NCBI RefSeq assembly: GCF_963921235.1
Contig: NC_086097.1
Span: 23,190,001-23,254,000, forward strand
From: Mobula hypostoma
Taxonomy: Eukaryota
Reading direction: 5' to 3'
Length of the DNA stretch: 64,000 bases
Shown in pieces: positions 1 to 12,084 of the stretch. Positions within the stretch are counted from its first letter, which is position 1. The number at the start of each line of letters is the position of its first letter. The notes beneath the pieces were generated by a model. The model was not told the origin of the DNA. It was given only the letters and a program-made list of their open reading frames with translations, and did not search any database. The position numbers and the translations under genes are program-made.

Positions 1-97
1 CAAAGCTTGCTAGGGTTATGCAATTGTTTGTCTGTGGAATGGAACCAGTCGAGTTTAAAAATTGCAGTATTAAACTGATATCCTAAATCTTCTGCAG

Positions 98-167
98 AGT
101 TTGCAGAGGAATTTATTTTAGATACAGTTGAATTGAATTCACCTGAATCTCTGAGTTACATTTGCAG
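98..167 (+). CDS. Candidate 70-nt internal exon of an unidentified host gene, (E)FAEEFILDTVELNSPESLSYIC
   Basis: Acceptor tcttctgcag, strong donor CAG|gtgaga, open frame, non-repetitive; phase-compatible with 16662-16780. Confidence 0.35.
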
Positions 168-291
168 GTGAGATCAAATGATGTTGGACTGATTGCACAG
201 TTTTTGTTTAATTTTAAATGGTTTTTAAAGTCAAAGGAAAAATATTCATATTTTTCCATTGGAATTTCATTGTAATTTGCACCCATATTTC

Positions 292-910
292 AAAGTTCAA
301 AGTTGAAATTAATTATATTATCAAAGTATGTACTGTATATGACACCAAATACTACCCTGAGATTTGTTTCCTTGTGGGCATTCACAGTACATACAAAGAA
401 ATGCAATAGAATCAATGAAGAACTACACACAAAGATGAACAAACAATCAATGTGCAAAAGAAGACAAACTATGCAAATAAAAAAACAATAGTAATAATAA
501 ATAATATTGAGAACATGAGTTGTTGTGTCCCTGAAAATGAGTCCATAGGTTGTGGAATCAATTCAGTGTGGAGGTGAGTGAAGTTATCCATACTGGTTCA
601 GGAGCCTGATGGTTGAAGGGTAATAACTGTTCCTGAACCTGCTGGTGTGAGCTCTGAGGCTCCCGTACCTCCTACCCGCTTGCAGCAGTGGGAAGTGTAC
701 ATGGCTGGGATGGTGGGACTCCTTGATAATGGACACTGCTCTCTTGTGGCTGCGACACTTGGAGATGTGCTCAATGGTGGGGTGGGATTTTCTTGTAGTG
801 GACTTGGGCTGTATCCACTAGGCTTCGTCAGCTTTTCCATTCATGGGCATTGATGTTTTCTATCCAGGCCACGATGCAACTAGTCACGTTACTTGCCACT
901 GTGCATCTCG
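292..910 (-). mobile_element. Rex1/Babar-type LINE 3' fragment
   Basis: ttcaaagttcaaag tail, AT-rich 3' UTR and degraded T.R.RNS.YP-type C-terminal coding shared with many copies in the window. Confidence 0.75.
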
Positions 911-929
911 AGAAGAAAATCAAAAGTGA

Positions 930-3295
930 TGGGTTGCAGCTGTACTGAGGCAGCCAATATTCTCACGGGCAAGTTTGTTAGAGCTGTTGGGGAGGGTTTG
1001 AACTAATTTGGGTGGGGGATAGGAACAAAAGTGAAGGGACTTAGGATAGGACAGATGATAAAAAGGCAAAGATAGCATGCAGTCAGGCTGTCAGGAAGGG
1101 CAGGCAGATGATAGGACAAAATTGCAGCCATCAGGGTGGGTATCAGTGCATTAGGGATGCAGAATCAAAAAAGATAGCAAATACAGTACTCAAAGTGTTA
1201 TATCTCAATGTATAGAGTATAAGAAATAAGGTGGTTGATCTTGTTGCACTACTACAGAGTGTCAGGAACAATGTTGTAGCCATCAGTGAATCGTGGCTGA
1301 AGGATGGTTGTCGTTGGGAGCTGAAAGTCCAAGGTTACATATTGTATTGGAGGGATAGGAAGGTAGGCAGAGGAGGTGACATGGCTCCGCTGGTAAAGAA
1401 TGACATCAAATCAGTAGAAAGATATGACATAGGATCGGAAGACGTTGAATACTTATGTGTTGAATAAAGAAACTGCAAGGGTAGTAGGACCCTGATGGCA
1501 GTTATATACAGGCCTCCCAACAGTAGCTGGGATGTGGACCACCGATTACAACAGGAAATAGAAAAGGCGTGTCAAAAGGGAAATGTTATGATAGTCATGG
1601 GAAATTTTAATATGCAGGTCGATAGGGAAAATTAGGTTGGTAATGGACCTCAAGAGAGTGAGTTTGTTGAATATGTACGAGATGGGTTTTTGGAGCAATT
1701 TGATATTGAGCCCTATGAGGGGATCAGCTACACTGGATTGGGTGTTATGTAATGAACCAAATGTGATTAGGGAGCTTAAAGTAAAAGAACACTGAGGAGA
1801 CAGTGATCACAATGTGATTGAGTTTAACTTGAAATTTGAAAGGGAGAAAGTAAAGTCCAACTTAACAGTATTTCACTGGAGTAAAGGAAATTACAATGGT
1901 ATGAGAGAGGAGCAATGTAAATTGGAAGGAGATGCTGACAGGGATGACAGCAGAGCAGCAATGGCGTGAGTTTCTGGGAAAGTTAAGGAAAGTGCAGGAT
2001 ACATAAATTCCAAATATGAAGATATACTCAAATGGCAAAACAGTACAACCATAGCTGACAAGAGAAGTTGAAACTAATGTAAAAACAAAAAAGAGGGCAT
2101 AAAACAAAGCAAAAATTAGCTGGAAGATAGAGGATTGGGAAGCTTTTAAAAACCTACAGACAGTATCTAAAAGAATCATTAGGACAGAAAAGATGAAATA
2201 TGAAAGAAAACTAGAAAACAATATTAAAGTGGATAGGAAAAGCTTTTCAAGTATGTAAAAATTAGAAGAGAGTTAAGAGTTGATATAGGACCGCTAGAAA
2301 ATGAGGCTGGAGAAATAATAGGTGACAAGGAGATGGCAGATGAATGAAATGAGTATTTTACATCAGTTTTCATTGTGGAAGACACTAGCAGTGTGCCAGA
2401 TGTTGAAGGGTGTGAGGGAAGAGAAGTGAGTGCAGTTCCTATTACAAGGGAGGCTGCAGAAGTACTTGGACAGATCAGGAGAATGGGCAAGAAATTGGAA
2501 AATTAAATACAATGTTGGAAAATGCATTAGAAATAAATGTGCAGATTATTTTCTAAATGGAGAAAATCCAAAAATCTAAGATGCAAAGGGTTGTGGGAGT
2601 CCTCGTGCAGAGCACCCTAAAGATTAACTTGCAGACAGAGCTGGTGGTGGGGGAAGGCAAATGTATTGTTCGCATTCATTTCAAGAGGTCTAGAATCCAA
2701 GAGCAGGGATGTGATGCTGAGGTTTTACAAGGCACTGCAGAGGCCTCACCTTGAGTATTGTGAACAGTTTTAATCATTTTAGAAAAGATGTGCTGGCATT
2801 GGAGAGGATTCAGAGGAAATTCAGAAGAATGATTCTGGAAACGAAAGGGTTATCAAATGAGGAACATTTGATTGCTCTGGGCTTGTACCAGCTAGAATTT
2901 AGAAGGATAATGGGGGGATCTCACTGAACCTTTTGAATATTGAAAGGACTAGACAGAGTAGAAGTGTTTCCCATGGTGGGGGAGTCTAGGATATGAGAGC
3001 ACAGTGTCAGGATAGAGGGGTGTCCATTTAAAAGAGAGATACAGAGAAATTTCTTTAACCAGAATGTGGTGATTTTGTGGTATTCGTTATCATAGGCAGC
3101 TGCGGAGGCCAGGTGGTTGGGTATACTTAAGGCAGACATTGATAGATTCTTGATTGGACCCGGCATCAAAGGTTATGGACAGAAGACTGAGGAGAGAGCT
3201 GAGAAGGGGAGAAAAGGATAAGCCATTATTGAATAGTAGAGTAGACTCATTGGGCCAAATTGCCTAATTCTTCTCCTATGTCTTATGGTCTGAAA
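930..3295 (+). mobile_element. Degraded CR1 LINE: ORF1 end, APE endonuclease, internal deletion of the RT core, 3' end
   Basis: VAISESWLK, RDRKVGRGG, VIYRPP, MGNFN motifs; later RPHLEYC; terminal CCTAATTC..CTCCTATGTCTTATGGTCT; many stops and frameshifts. Confidence 0.9.
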
Positions 3296-3999
3296 TAATC
3301 ATAGATAATTGCATTATTCATGCCAGGGGAGCAGAATGGGAATCAATATATAGTTCAAATGAGGACAATACTAAAGAATTAAAAGCAAATGTTGACATCA
3401 TGGTACAAACCAATAGCTTGGGTTATAATACACACAGGGAAATTAGAAGGCAAAGAGTTCATCAGGCAGAAGATATAAAGGCCTCAAAACACAAACCACC
3501 AAGCTCAAGGGTCGTTTCTATCCCACGTTCTCTTGAACAGACTTCTTGTATGATAAGATGGACCCTTGGCCTCACAATCACCTTGTTACTATCTTGCACT
3601 GCACTGCTTTGGTAGATTTTCCTCAATTTTCATGTGAAACATGCTCCTTTAAACTATATTAGCATTTCAATATTCTTAGGGGGATAACCATAAGGATGCA
3701 GGATGCCCTCTACTTCTCACATTGTCATTTTGGAGCCTGTGCCGTTCCTCCAGGGCATGTACTTGTGCTAACGACAGTCATCATCTCCCTCATGTGCCTG
3801 CAAAGGTCAAGACTGAAGTAATGTCATTAGAACCCTGCAGGCATGGTGCGTTTACAGAAAGTGTTCAGGCCACATGTGAATTCCTTTTGACATTGAAGTC
3901 ACGTCAATATGAAAGGAAATGATGTAACAGAAATGGGGTTGTAAGTAGCACAACCAGTAGTAATTGTAATAGTCCAAGCTTCCATCCTTCAAAACAAAT

Positions 4000-4535
4000 T
4001 GCTTCAGTTCATTAAGCGTTTGAGGAGATTTGATATGTCACCAAAGACCCCAACAAATTTTTACAGATGTACAGTGGAGAGCATTCAGAGTGCTTGCGTC
4101 ACCACCTTGTGCGGAGGCTTCAATGCACAAGATTGAAAAAGGTTACACGGGTGTAGTCTCAACCAGCTCCATCTTAGGCACAAGCCTCCCCATCACTGAG
4201 GACATCTTCAAAATACGGAGCCTCAAATAAGCAACATTCATCATTAAGAATTCTCTAGGACATGACCTCTTCTCATTACTACCATCTTGGAAGGGGTATC
4301 GGATCCTAAAAGTGCACATTCAGTATTCTAGGAAGAGCATCTTCCCTTCTGCTATCACATATCTGAATGGTCAATAAACTCATGAACACTATCTTGCTAT
4401 TCCACTTTTGGACTATTATTTATTGTAACTTCTCATAATTTTCTATGTCTTGCACTGTACTACTGCCACAATACAACAAAGTTCAGGACATAGGTCTGTC
4501 ATCATGAATCTGGTTCTGATTTTCATTCTGATTCT
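4000..4535 (+). mobile_element. Rex1/Babar-type LINE 3' fragment
   Basis: Degraded FYRCTVESI...LGTSLPITEDIF...LFSLLPS coding; (TTCTGA)n-like tail. Confidence 0.75.
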
Positions 4536-5131
4536 GTTTTTAAGTGTATTGCATCTAATTATAATTCAAGATGGCCTTCTGACCTATCTGGGTCTTGGCC
4601 CGAAACAACAAAAATTTCTTCCCCTTCATTGATGCCGCCTGCCTGCTGAGATTCTCTTGCACTATGTGTGTGTTGGTGCGCAAAAGATTTCTCTCTAACT
4701 GCAAATGTCCTCCAATAAGACCCTTAGGTTTTGATAGGTTATAAGATGGCATGGAGAGGTTAAAGCTTGCTCCATCCCCTCACATCTCTCTCATTTTGCA
4801 CAAGAGGTCACCTTGTGAGTTGTACAGATCCCTTGACAGGCCGAAGCCTCAATGCTGTAATAAAATTCTGTTCGAGCATTTCTGCTTTCCAAATAAGTCA
4901 GCATCGGAAAGAAAAGTGCACATCTTGCTATGTGGAAATTGTGAATTTAAATGAGGCAGCACATAATAACTATCTGTTCTCTACTCACTATTATACTAAT
5001 GTTTAATCTGTTTTAATGCTCTGTCTTAATTATTCACTTTTCTTCACCGGTGTTGAAAACAATTACATTATTCTCATTAATTAATAAAATAAGCTTTATT
5101 CACTAATTATCCCTTGAGAAGAGGAACACAA

Positions 5132-5449
5132 TGTCAAGGAATCTAGAAGAGGTTTGACCCAAAAGCAGAGTGAGCAGAGACTATTTTAGCAGTAAAGTAT
5201 ACTTTATTAATAAACTGCAAAATAACAAGCCACATGGGGGCATTAAATAAGAGAGAACCGATATTTAGCATGACAAAAGAACTAAAGGCTAGAAGCAACT
5301 GGTTGAGACTAACTGGCTCAGTGGGTGAACAAAGAACTGTGACTGAGAGCTGGGATTAAATAGGCTGCAGGTGATTTTGGAAATGGGTGGCGAGTGACTC
5401 CATTTAGCTGGGTGGAGACAGAGAGGTGCCTAACTGTGCAGGCCCGACA
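5132..5449 (-). mobile_element. Probable solo LTR (Gypsy-like layout)
   Basis: TGTC...GACA termini, minus-strand polyA signal (tttatt) near the left end, TATA-like ttaaata toward the right end; TSD not clean. Confidence 0.5.
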
Positions 5450-5699
5450 CTCAGGCTACCTGCAGCTCAGTGGCTGGTTAGCTGTTTTAGGGGAATCAAC
5501 CACAGGAGGTAGATCTGGGGGCACGTTTTGGATATATAAGGTGATGATGGCAGAAACCATCACTTGTAGGTCATTTCAACAACCACTAAGTTGGATGAAG
5601 AGCTGATGAATTTTAGGCCAGATTGCTTAGCATTAAAATGCATCATTAAGTTGCAATAAAAAGCTAAAATTAAAATACATTCAGACAATGCTGAAGCAT

Positions 5700-6315
5700 T
5701 CATAACAAGGTAAACATACTAATTGTACCAATAGAGACAAGTGGGTTCAATTTAGCAGTTATATTAAAGGACTATTTACATAATGACTCTCCCCTTGAGA
5801 AATGGGAATTAAAACTTCAGGGCATTTAATGTTTAGAAAGGACAAACAAACAAGTTGGAAAAAAAAAGAAAATTTAAAAACTGGAAAAGGAGGTGAGGTT
5901 GCCCTGTTTATAATGGGCAGCAATGGTTCAGGAACATAGGAAAAGGAACTGGTATGGGTGGAGTAAAAATAACAAGGTGTAACAAGAGAGCTATGGATAC
6001 AGACTAAAGTTGAAAATTAACTCAGACTCAATCGAAATAGACAAGATGACACAAATCCAAAGGTGAAATCATAAACAGTAGTAAGAGAAATGGAACTCTT
6101 ATGACTGAGCACAGTGTGCTCAGCGTGAGGCCTTAAAGTACAGACTCTCCATGAAGGAACGTGGCGGACAATAATAGGCCATCTTAAAGTGACGGTGGCA
6201 GCTAACTATTCTCCGGAGAATGGGAGTGCCGAAACTTGGATGCCTGCTGGTGTTCAGTTGGGACCATGACAACAAGGAATAAGGAAAAATACTTGTTGGA
6301 GTGGTTTACAAGCTG
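5700..6315 (+). mobile_element. Highly degraded CR1 endonuclease fragment split by a solo LTR
   Basis: FRKD..GKGGEVAL and WVE..NNK|..K.LVGVVY remnants on either side of 5978-6271. Confidence 0.55.
5978..6271. mobile_element. Solo LTR with 6-bp TSD
   Basis: TGTAA...TGACA termini flanked by ACAAGG at 5972-5977 and 6272-6277. Confidence 0.65.
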
Positions 6316-6575
6316 CTGTCTATGAGGAGTTTGCAAGTTCTACCTATGACAGTAGATTCCAGCCTGGGTGCCCCCAGTTTCCTCCCACATTCCAAAGACG
6401 TATGGATTAGTAAATATTCATGAGTAGTAGGCATGCTATGTTGCCACCAGAAGCATGGAGGCACTTGCGGACTGCCACCAGCATATAGTTAGACTGTGTT
6501 GGTCATTGATGCAAACAATGTATTTCGCTATATGGTTCAATGCGCATGTGACAAATAATGCTTATCTAATCTTTA
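6312..6575 (+). mobile_element. V-domain SINE fragment
   Basis: GGAGTTTGCA.GTTCT...GGGTGC.CC.GTTTCCTCCCACA core. Confidence 0.7.
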
Positions 6576-7144
6576 TCATGAATTATTAAAGATTCCAGCA
6601 GTGGAAGGGTGACAACAGTCTGGTGATTTGAACTGCTCTGCTATTAGACTCAGTGAAAAGAGGGCTTGCAGTTTACTTGTTCATGAGTTTCTGGAAACTG
6701 TGACATTTATGTGTTCATTGCTAATTATTGTACTCAGTTTGGGCCAGTACTTAATACATGGAGCTAGTTAATTAGGGGATTTGTGTTTATGCTATGCTGG
6801 TCAACCTCAGAATCCCAGGAAGAGAATAACTCTCATTATTCTTGGATGATTTATTTTTTAAATAATCAACTCGCCAATCTTTTTTTTCTTTTTTTCTCTC
6901 CCTTTTAATCCAGTGTTTCTTTCCCTCTGTCTGATTTTCTGCAACCTAAGTTGTTTTGATTTTCCCAAATTTCCATTCCTGTTATTGCTGTTTCAATCTC
7001 AGGTCTAAAGTATCCCTGTTGGATCCCACCATACACCAGGTTTTAAATTGTACCACTGGATCCATTATCCATCTGCATTTCCTGTAATTCGCAGCAAAAA
7101 TACTTCTCCAGCTGAGTGGTTCAGGAAAACATTTATCAGGCTAT

Positions 7145-7700
7145 GTCATATTCTGTCTGGGTAGTCTCCAACTTGACAGCATGAACATTGATTTCTCTCA
7201 CTTGGGTAATTGCTCTCTTTTTGTATTCCCCATTCTGGCTCTGCTCCCCCTGCCTCCTTACCCCTTCTCTTCTCCTCACCTGCTTCTGGTGCCCTTCCTC
7301 CATCCATTTCACCCATGGCCCACTCTCCTGTCCTATCAGATACCTTCTTCTTTCGCCTTTTACCTTGTTCACCTACACGTCCAAGCTTCTCATTCCATTT
7401 CTCCTTACCCCACCTTCCTCCGCTCCTGGTTTCACCTATCACCTGCCAGCTTGTGCTCCTTCCTTCCTCTCCACCTTTGTATTCTGGCATCTGCCCTCTT
7501 TCCTCTCCTGTCCTGAGGAAGGGTGATGGCCTGAAACAGTGACTGTTCATTCCTATCAGGCGTTCTCAATCTTTTTTTATGCCATGATCCTGCCATTAAC
7601 CAAGGGGTCCATGGACCCCAGATTGGGAACCTTTGCCTGACCTTCTGAGTACCTCCAGCATTTTGTGTGTGTTTCCTCTGCAGAACCCCTTGTGTTTAAT
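7145..7700 (+). mobile_element. Penelope-like element 3' end with degenerate hammerhead (7510-7544)
   Basis: GSLQ.D.MNIDF endonuclease tail, pyrimidine-rich UTR, gtcCTGAGGA..GAAA, CCAGCATTTTGTGTGT terminus. Confidence 0.8.
7557..7635. mobile_element. Tiny hAT-type MITE nested in the Penelope tail
   Basis: Imperfect TIRs CAGGCGTTCTCAATCT / AGATTGGGAACCTTTG around a short palindromic core. Confidence 0.6.
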
Positions 7701-8304
7701 CTATAGAATAACTCAAGCTGGCAAATTCTGGCTTATTAGATATTGATAACCTCCTGTTGCCAACAATAGGCTCAGCACATTAATATCATCTGTTTATTCC
7801 ATTACTTTTTTGAGTTAGATGGGTAGCAAGCAAACATTTAACTACCTAAGAGGTGCCATTGGCCACCTACTGGTTAGCCTTCTGCCATCGCACTTTGGCT
7901 AATCTTAACACCAGCAAGCAGCTGTCATTATTTGACAGTTTAATGGAGTTCACATTACCCCTCTACAGGAAATGTTTCTTCAGAAGTTGACATTGAATAC
8001 TCAGAAATGTTGAATAATAGGAGCAATGAATCAAGCGCAGGGCATTAATTAAATGCCAATTAGAACTTTTTAGTGAAAAATACTAAGATAGATACTTGAT
8101 AGATCCCAATGGAAATTAATGTGTCACAGTAGCATTACAAGTGTACAGATATACAATATTTGGAAGAGAAGTAAGAAGAATAAATGAAAAACAAGTTACC
8201 TAATATGCGCTCTGCATCTGTGCTCTCTCAAAATTAATTCATAATTACTGAACAATTATTTTCTTTTGTTAATTATATTTATTTTACCAATAGACTTATA
8301 TTTG

Positions 8305-9250
8305 CTTTCAGTAAACTACACTTGGAATATTGTGTTTAGACCTGGTCCCCTCATTTTCGGCATGATGTGGAAGCTTTAGAGAGGGTGCATAGGAGACCTG
8401 CCAGGATGCTGGCTGGATTGGAGGGAACGTCTTGTAAAGAAAAGCTGAGCAAGCTCGGGCTATTTTCTTTGGAGTGAAGGAGATTACAAGATGACTTGTT
8501 AGAGATGCACAAGATAATGAGCATAATAAGCATCCTCTTTGACTTTTGACCATCAGGCAGGAGACTATGATGCATAAAAACCAGAAGGGTCAAGATGAGA
8601 AACAGTTCCTTCCCCCAGGTCATTAAGCTTCTGAACTCCCTGCCACATCATTTTCGAAGTGTCACTGGTTAATCTGCTCCATACCTTACAATATTTAATA
8701 TTAATGCACTTTAGTTTGTTATTTATGTGTGATTCATCAGTAAATTTTAACCTTACCTTCATAAGTTATTGTTTGCTATGTGTGTTATGTGTATTACTGT
8801 GCTTTGCACCCTGATTCAGAGAAATATCTTGTTTCTATATACATTACAGTATATGGTTATATATGACATATACATGGATATAGTTGGATGACAATAAACT
8901 TGACTTGACTTGAAGAGGCATGGATTGAATGGATAGCTAGAGATTTCTCCTCAGGGTGCAAATGGCTATTCCAAGGGTTTATAATTTTAAGGAGGTTGGA
9001 GGAAAGTATCGGGTAGTGGAAGAGATGAGTTTATTACACAGAGAATAGTGGGTGCATGGAGTACCCTGCCAGGTGAAGTGATCAAGAAAGATACATTATG
9101 GGCATTTAAGAGACATTTATATTGATACACGGATGATAGGAAAATGGAGGACTATGCAGGAGGGAATGTTTAGATTGATTTTAAATTAGGTTAAAAGATC
9201 AGCGCAACATCATGGGCCATTACTGTGCTATAATGCTCTATATTCTAAAG
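8305..9250 (+). mobile_element. CR1 3' fragment interrupted by a Rex1 tail
   Basis: LEYCV..W.P...DVEALERV coding at 8305-8530 resumes after 8913. Confidence 0.8.
8530..8913 (+). mobile_element. Rex1-type 3' fragment with (CTTGA)n tail
   Basis: LFD.LPSGRR..CIKTR..RMRNSSFPQ coding; ends AATAAActtgacttgacttga. Confidence 0.75.
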
Positions 9251-10309
9251 CTGATAAAAAACAGAAATGAGCTTGCAGAACCAAGAACCTGAATGAACAG
9301 AATATCAAAATGTGGTTTGGGGTGGGTGGGGAGGGGTCAGGGATATGAGACAGCATGTAGAATTAACTCAACTCAAGCTTCCTAAAGAAACATGGTCAAT
9401 CTGGAAATCGTTAGATGGAGGCTATCTCAACGACATAATAACTGTGATTTGTAATTTTAAAAATAGGTAAAAATCAATTCTATAATTTAATCTGATTTGA
9501 CTCTTAATTTGGCAATGTCCAAAATCAGTATGAAGAAGATTTATAATGAGGGAGAAACACTGGTATATATTTAACTGCACCACAATGGGTGGAAGAGATT
9601 GAGTCCTGATTGAAGCACTGGGGGAATTAAATAATTCTTTGTCAGTCAGAACGAAGCTGGGAAATAGAACAGCTTCAGTGCAGCTCGTAACCTTTTAACC
9701 CCCTCCCCTGTTGTCAGCTTGATTTTATGCTTGTTACTGGATGTTTCACCATGTCCTACTGAGGTGCAGTGACAATTGAGACCTTTCAAACATGAGATGA
9801 AAAAGATTGTCTGTCTATCTTGAATGTTCCTCGTGCAGTTAAATAGCGGTTCTCTGTACTGAGTAAGATTGTGAGCTCATATGTTGCATCCTGATGCATT
9901 TGTGATCCAAAGGTTAGAAGTCAAGAATACTTGCAATTTTATTAAGTGTTACAAGTATGAAAACAGAGAAAGACGAAGGAAAAAGCAGCCGTGGTTGGCT
10001 CATACTCTGACTAGAGATAACAAAGTTCAAGTGATAGCAAAGAAACTATAAAATAGCCAGATTCAGGTGATGTGAAACCTCCGACAGAAAACTAAGAAGC
10101 TTTAAGAGAAATACAGAAACAACTGTAGCATTATTGCTGAAAATACACTCAAAATATCGTGTATATAAGTGATTGTATACAAATGCAAGCAAGCACAGGA
10201 AAGATAAAATACAAGGAAGATAAACAAAATAAAACTATTCTGCCCCATAATCCAACATATCCTATTACAGAGATCTGAGTGCTCAAAAACTGGGGCTTAC
10301 AAGGTGGTC

Positions 10310-10695
10310 TGTGAATTGGACTCTGTAGTTCAGGTTATGATGTGTTTCTGGTTACTTTACTCCTTCCTTATTGCTATTTATGCGATTTTGATCAGGGTAG
10401 CCTGGCTCTGCGGCCTGCAGTCAACAAATGGCACCGTTAAATTGAACTGAACTGAACCGAACCAAACTGAACATTCCTAGACTGTTTCAATGACTCAGTG
10501 ATGTCTTAGTCAGTTTTTTTTTTGCTTATTTTTAGCTATTTGCATGATTTGTTCATTTTTTTTGTGCATTGAGTGTTTGATGTTTTCATTAAACGGGTTC
10601 CATGGTGTTCTTTTGTTTCATGGCTACCTGTGGGAAGACGAATCACGGAGTTGTATACTGTAAACATATGTTGATAATAAATGTACTTTGAACTT
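10310..10695 (+). mobile_element. Non-autonomous Rex1-tailed element fragment with (ACTGA)n microsatellite
   Basis: Body shared with 25480-25828; gataataaatgtactttgaacttt tail. Confidence 0.6.
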
Positions 10696-10799
10696 TATTT
10701 ATCCTACTGGACTTGAAGAGCAATTGGTTGAGACATTATACAGTAAGTGAGGGCCTTCAGGTGATTGCATTCTTACACAAGTTTGTTTACCAATGGTTA

Positions 10800-11960
10800 T
10801 CCAAGAGGGCAAAGTATGAAATGCAAGGAAGATAGAAAGGCAGCCACAGAGCCAAAGAAGCAAAATACCACAGAGAATAGGCTGAAGGAAAGATATTAGG
10901 GAGTTGGTTATCAGTCATTGGGAGATATGAGGAAGATTGAGAGGGTGCAGAAAAAAGATGGGGAGGGAAGTAAAAGTTGCGGAGAAAGAGTAAAGGCCAG
11001 AGAGGGATTAAACAATGGAGAAAGGAAATGACAGAGGGCATACAGAAAACAAGAAGGAAGCAGCCAGACACAGGATATGTGTGTGTGAGTACAAGAGAGA
11101 ACACATTAATAGATGCATGCTCACCAATATCATACTATAGAATAGAAGACGAAAGATGCCATCACAAGATGAGAGAGTGGGAAGAAATACCTGGACAAGG
11201 AGGTGAAGAGAAAAAAATAGACAAACAGAAATTCCTTGTTAGGGAGGCACAGTATTGTAGTTATTAGCATTGCATTACTACAGCTTCAATGGCATGGGTT
11301 CAGTTCTCTGAAAGGAGTTTGTACGTTCTCCCCATGACCATGTGGGTTTCCTCTAGGTGCTTTGGTTTCTGTCCACTTTCAAAAGTTGTGCAGATTACTA
11401 GGTTGCATGGTCACATGCATGCAATTCGGTGGTGCTGGCTCATTGGGCCAGTAGGGCCTGTCACCTCATTGTATCTCTAAACAAACAAAACTAAAATTCA
11501 ATAAGTGGCATGCACATCTGCACAGACAAGCACACATGCAGGAAGAGAGGGTGAGGAAGCCGGAGAGAGTGAAGCAAGGAGATTGGAGTGCAGTGAAGAG
11601 AAACACGTGGCCAGTGGTCAATTGAGAGCAAGTGTACAACGGAGAAATATAGATACAGAGAATAAAATGGGGAGTGAGAAATCAGAGGGAGAGATTAAAA
11701 GTAAGACAGGGAGAACAAGAGAATGAGGAGAAAGAAATGAAGAGAAGGGGGAAATCTAAGCGAGAAAATCCAACATAGAAGTTGAAGAGGGTGAATAAAA
11801 AGAGAAGGAGGGATGCTTAGTGTATCTCTCTGAGGTAGGTATAAATAAGTGAAAGACAAACAAAAGAAATCAACAGAACTGAGAGGTACGAAGAGAGTAA
11901 AAGAAAGGAAGAATGACAAAGGGAAAGGATTAACTCAGGGACGGGGAGGGTTCAGGAGGA
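10800..11960 (+). repeat. Purine-rich (GA) low-complexity tract containing a V-SINE at ~11245-11480
   Basis: Strong A/G strand skew; V-domain core near 11315-11380. Confidence 0.6.
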
Positions 11961-12084
11961 AAAATTCCTGTGATGGGAAAGGATATCAGAAGGTTGTTGG
12001 AATCCGGTTTATTATCACTGACACATAGCTGTACATTGATTGTTTTGTGACAGCAGTACAGTGCAATACATAACAAATGACTAC

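Noticed and set aside
7136..7550. Five overlapping 78-134-aa ORFs
   Set aside because: Low-complexity pyrimidine/purine Penelope UTR is stop-poor; not genes
10787..11919. Lys/Glu/Arg-rich and Phe/Leu/Ser-rich ORFs
   Set aside because: Artefacts of GA-rich low-complexity sequence
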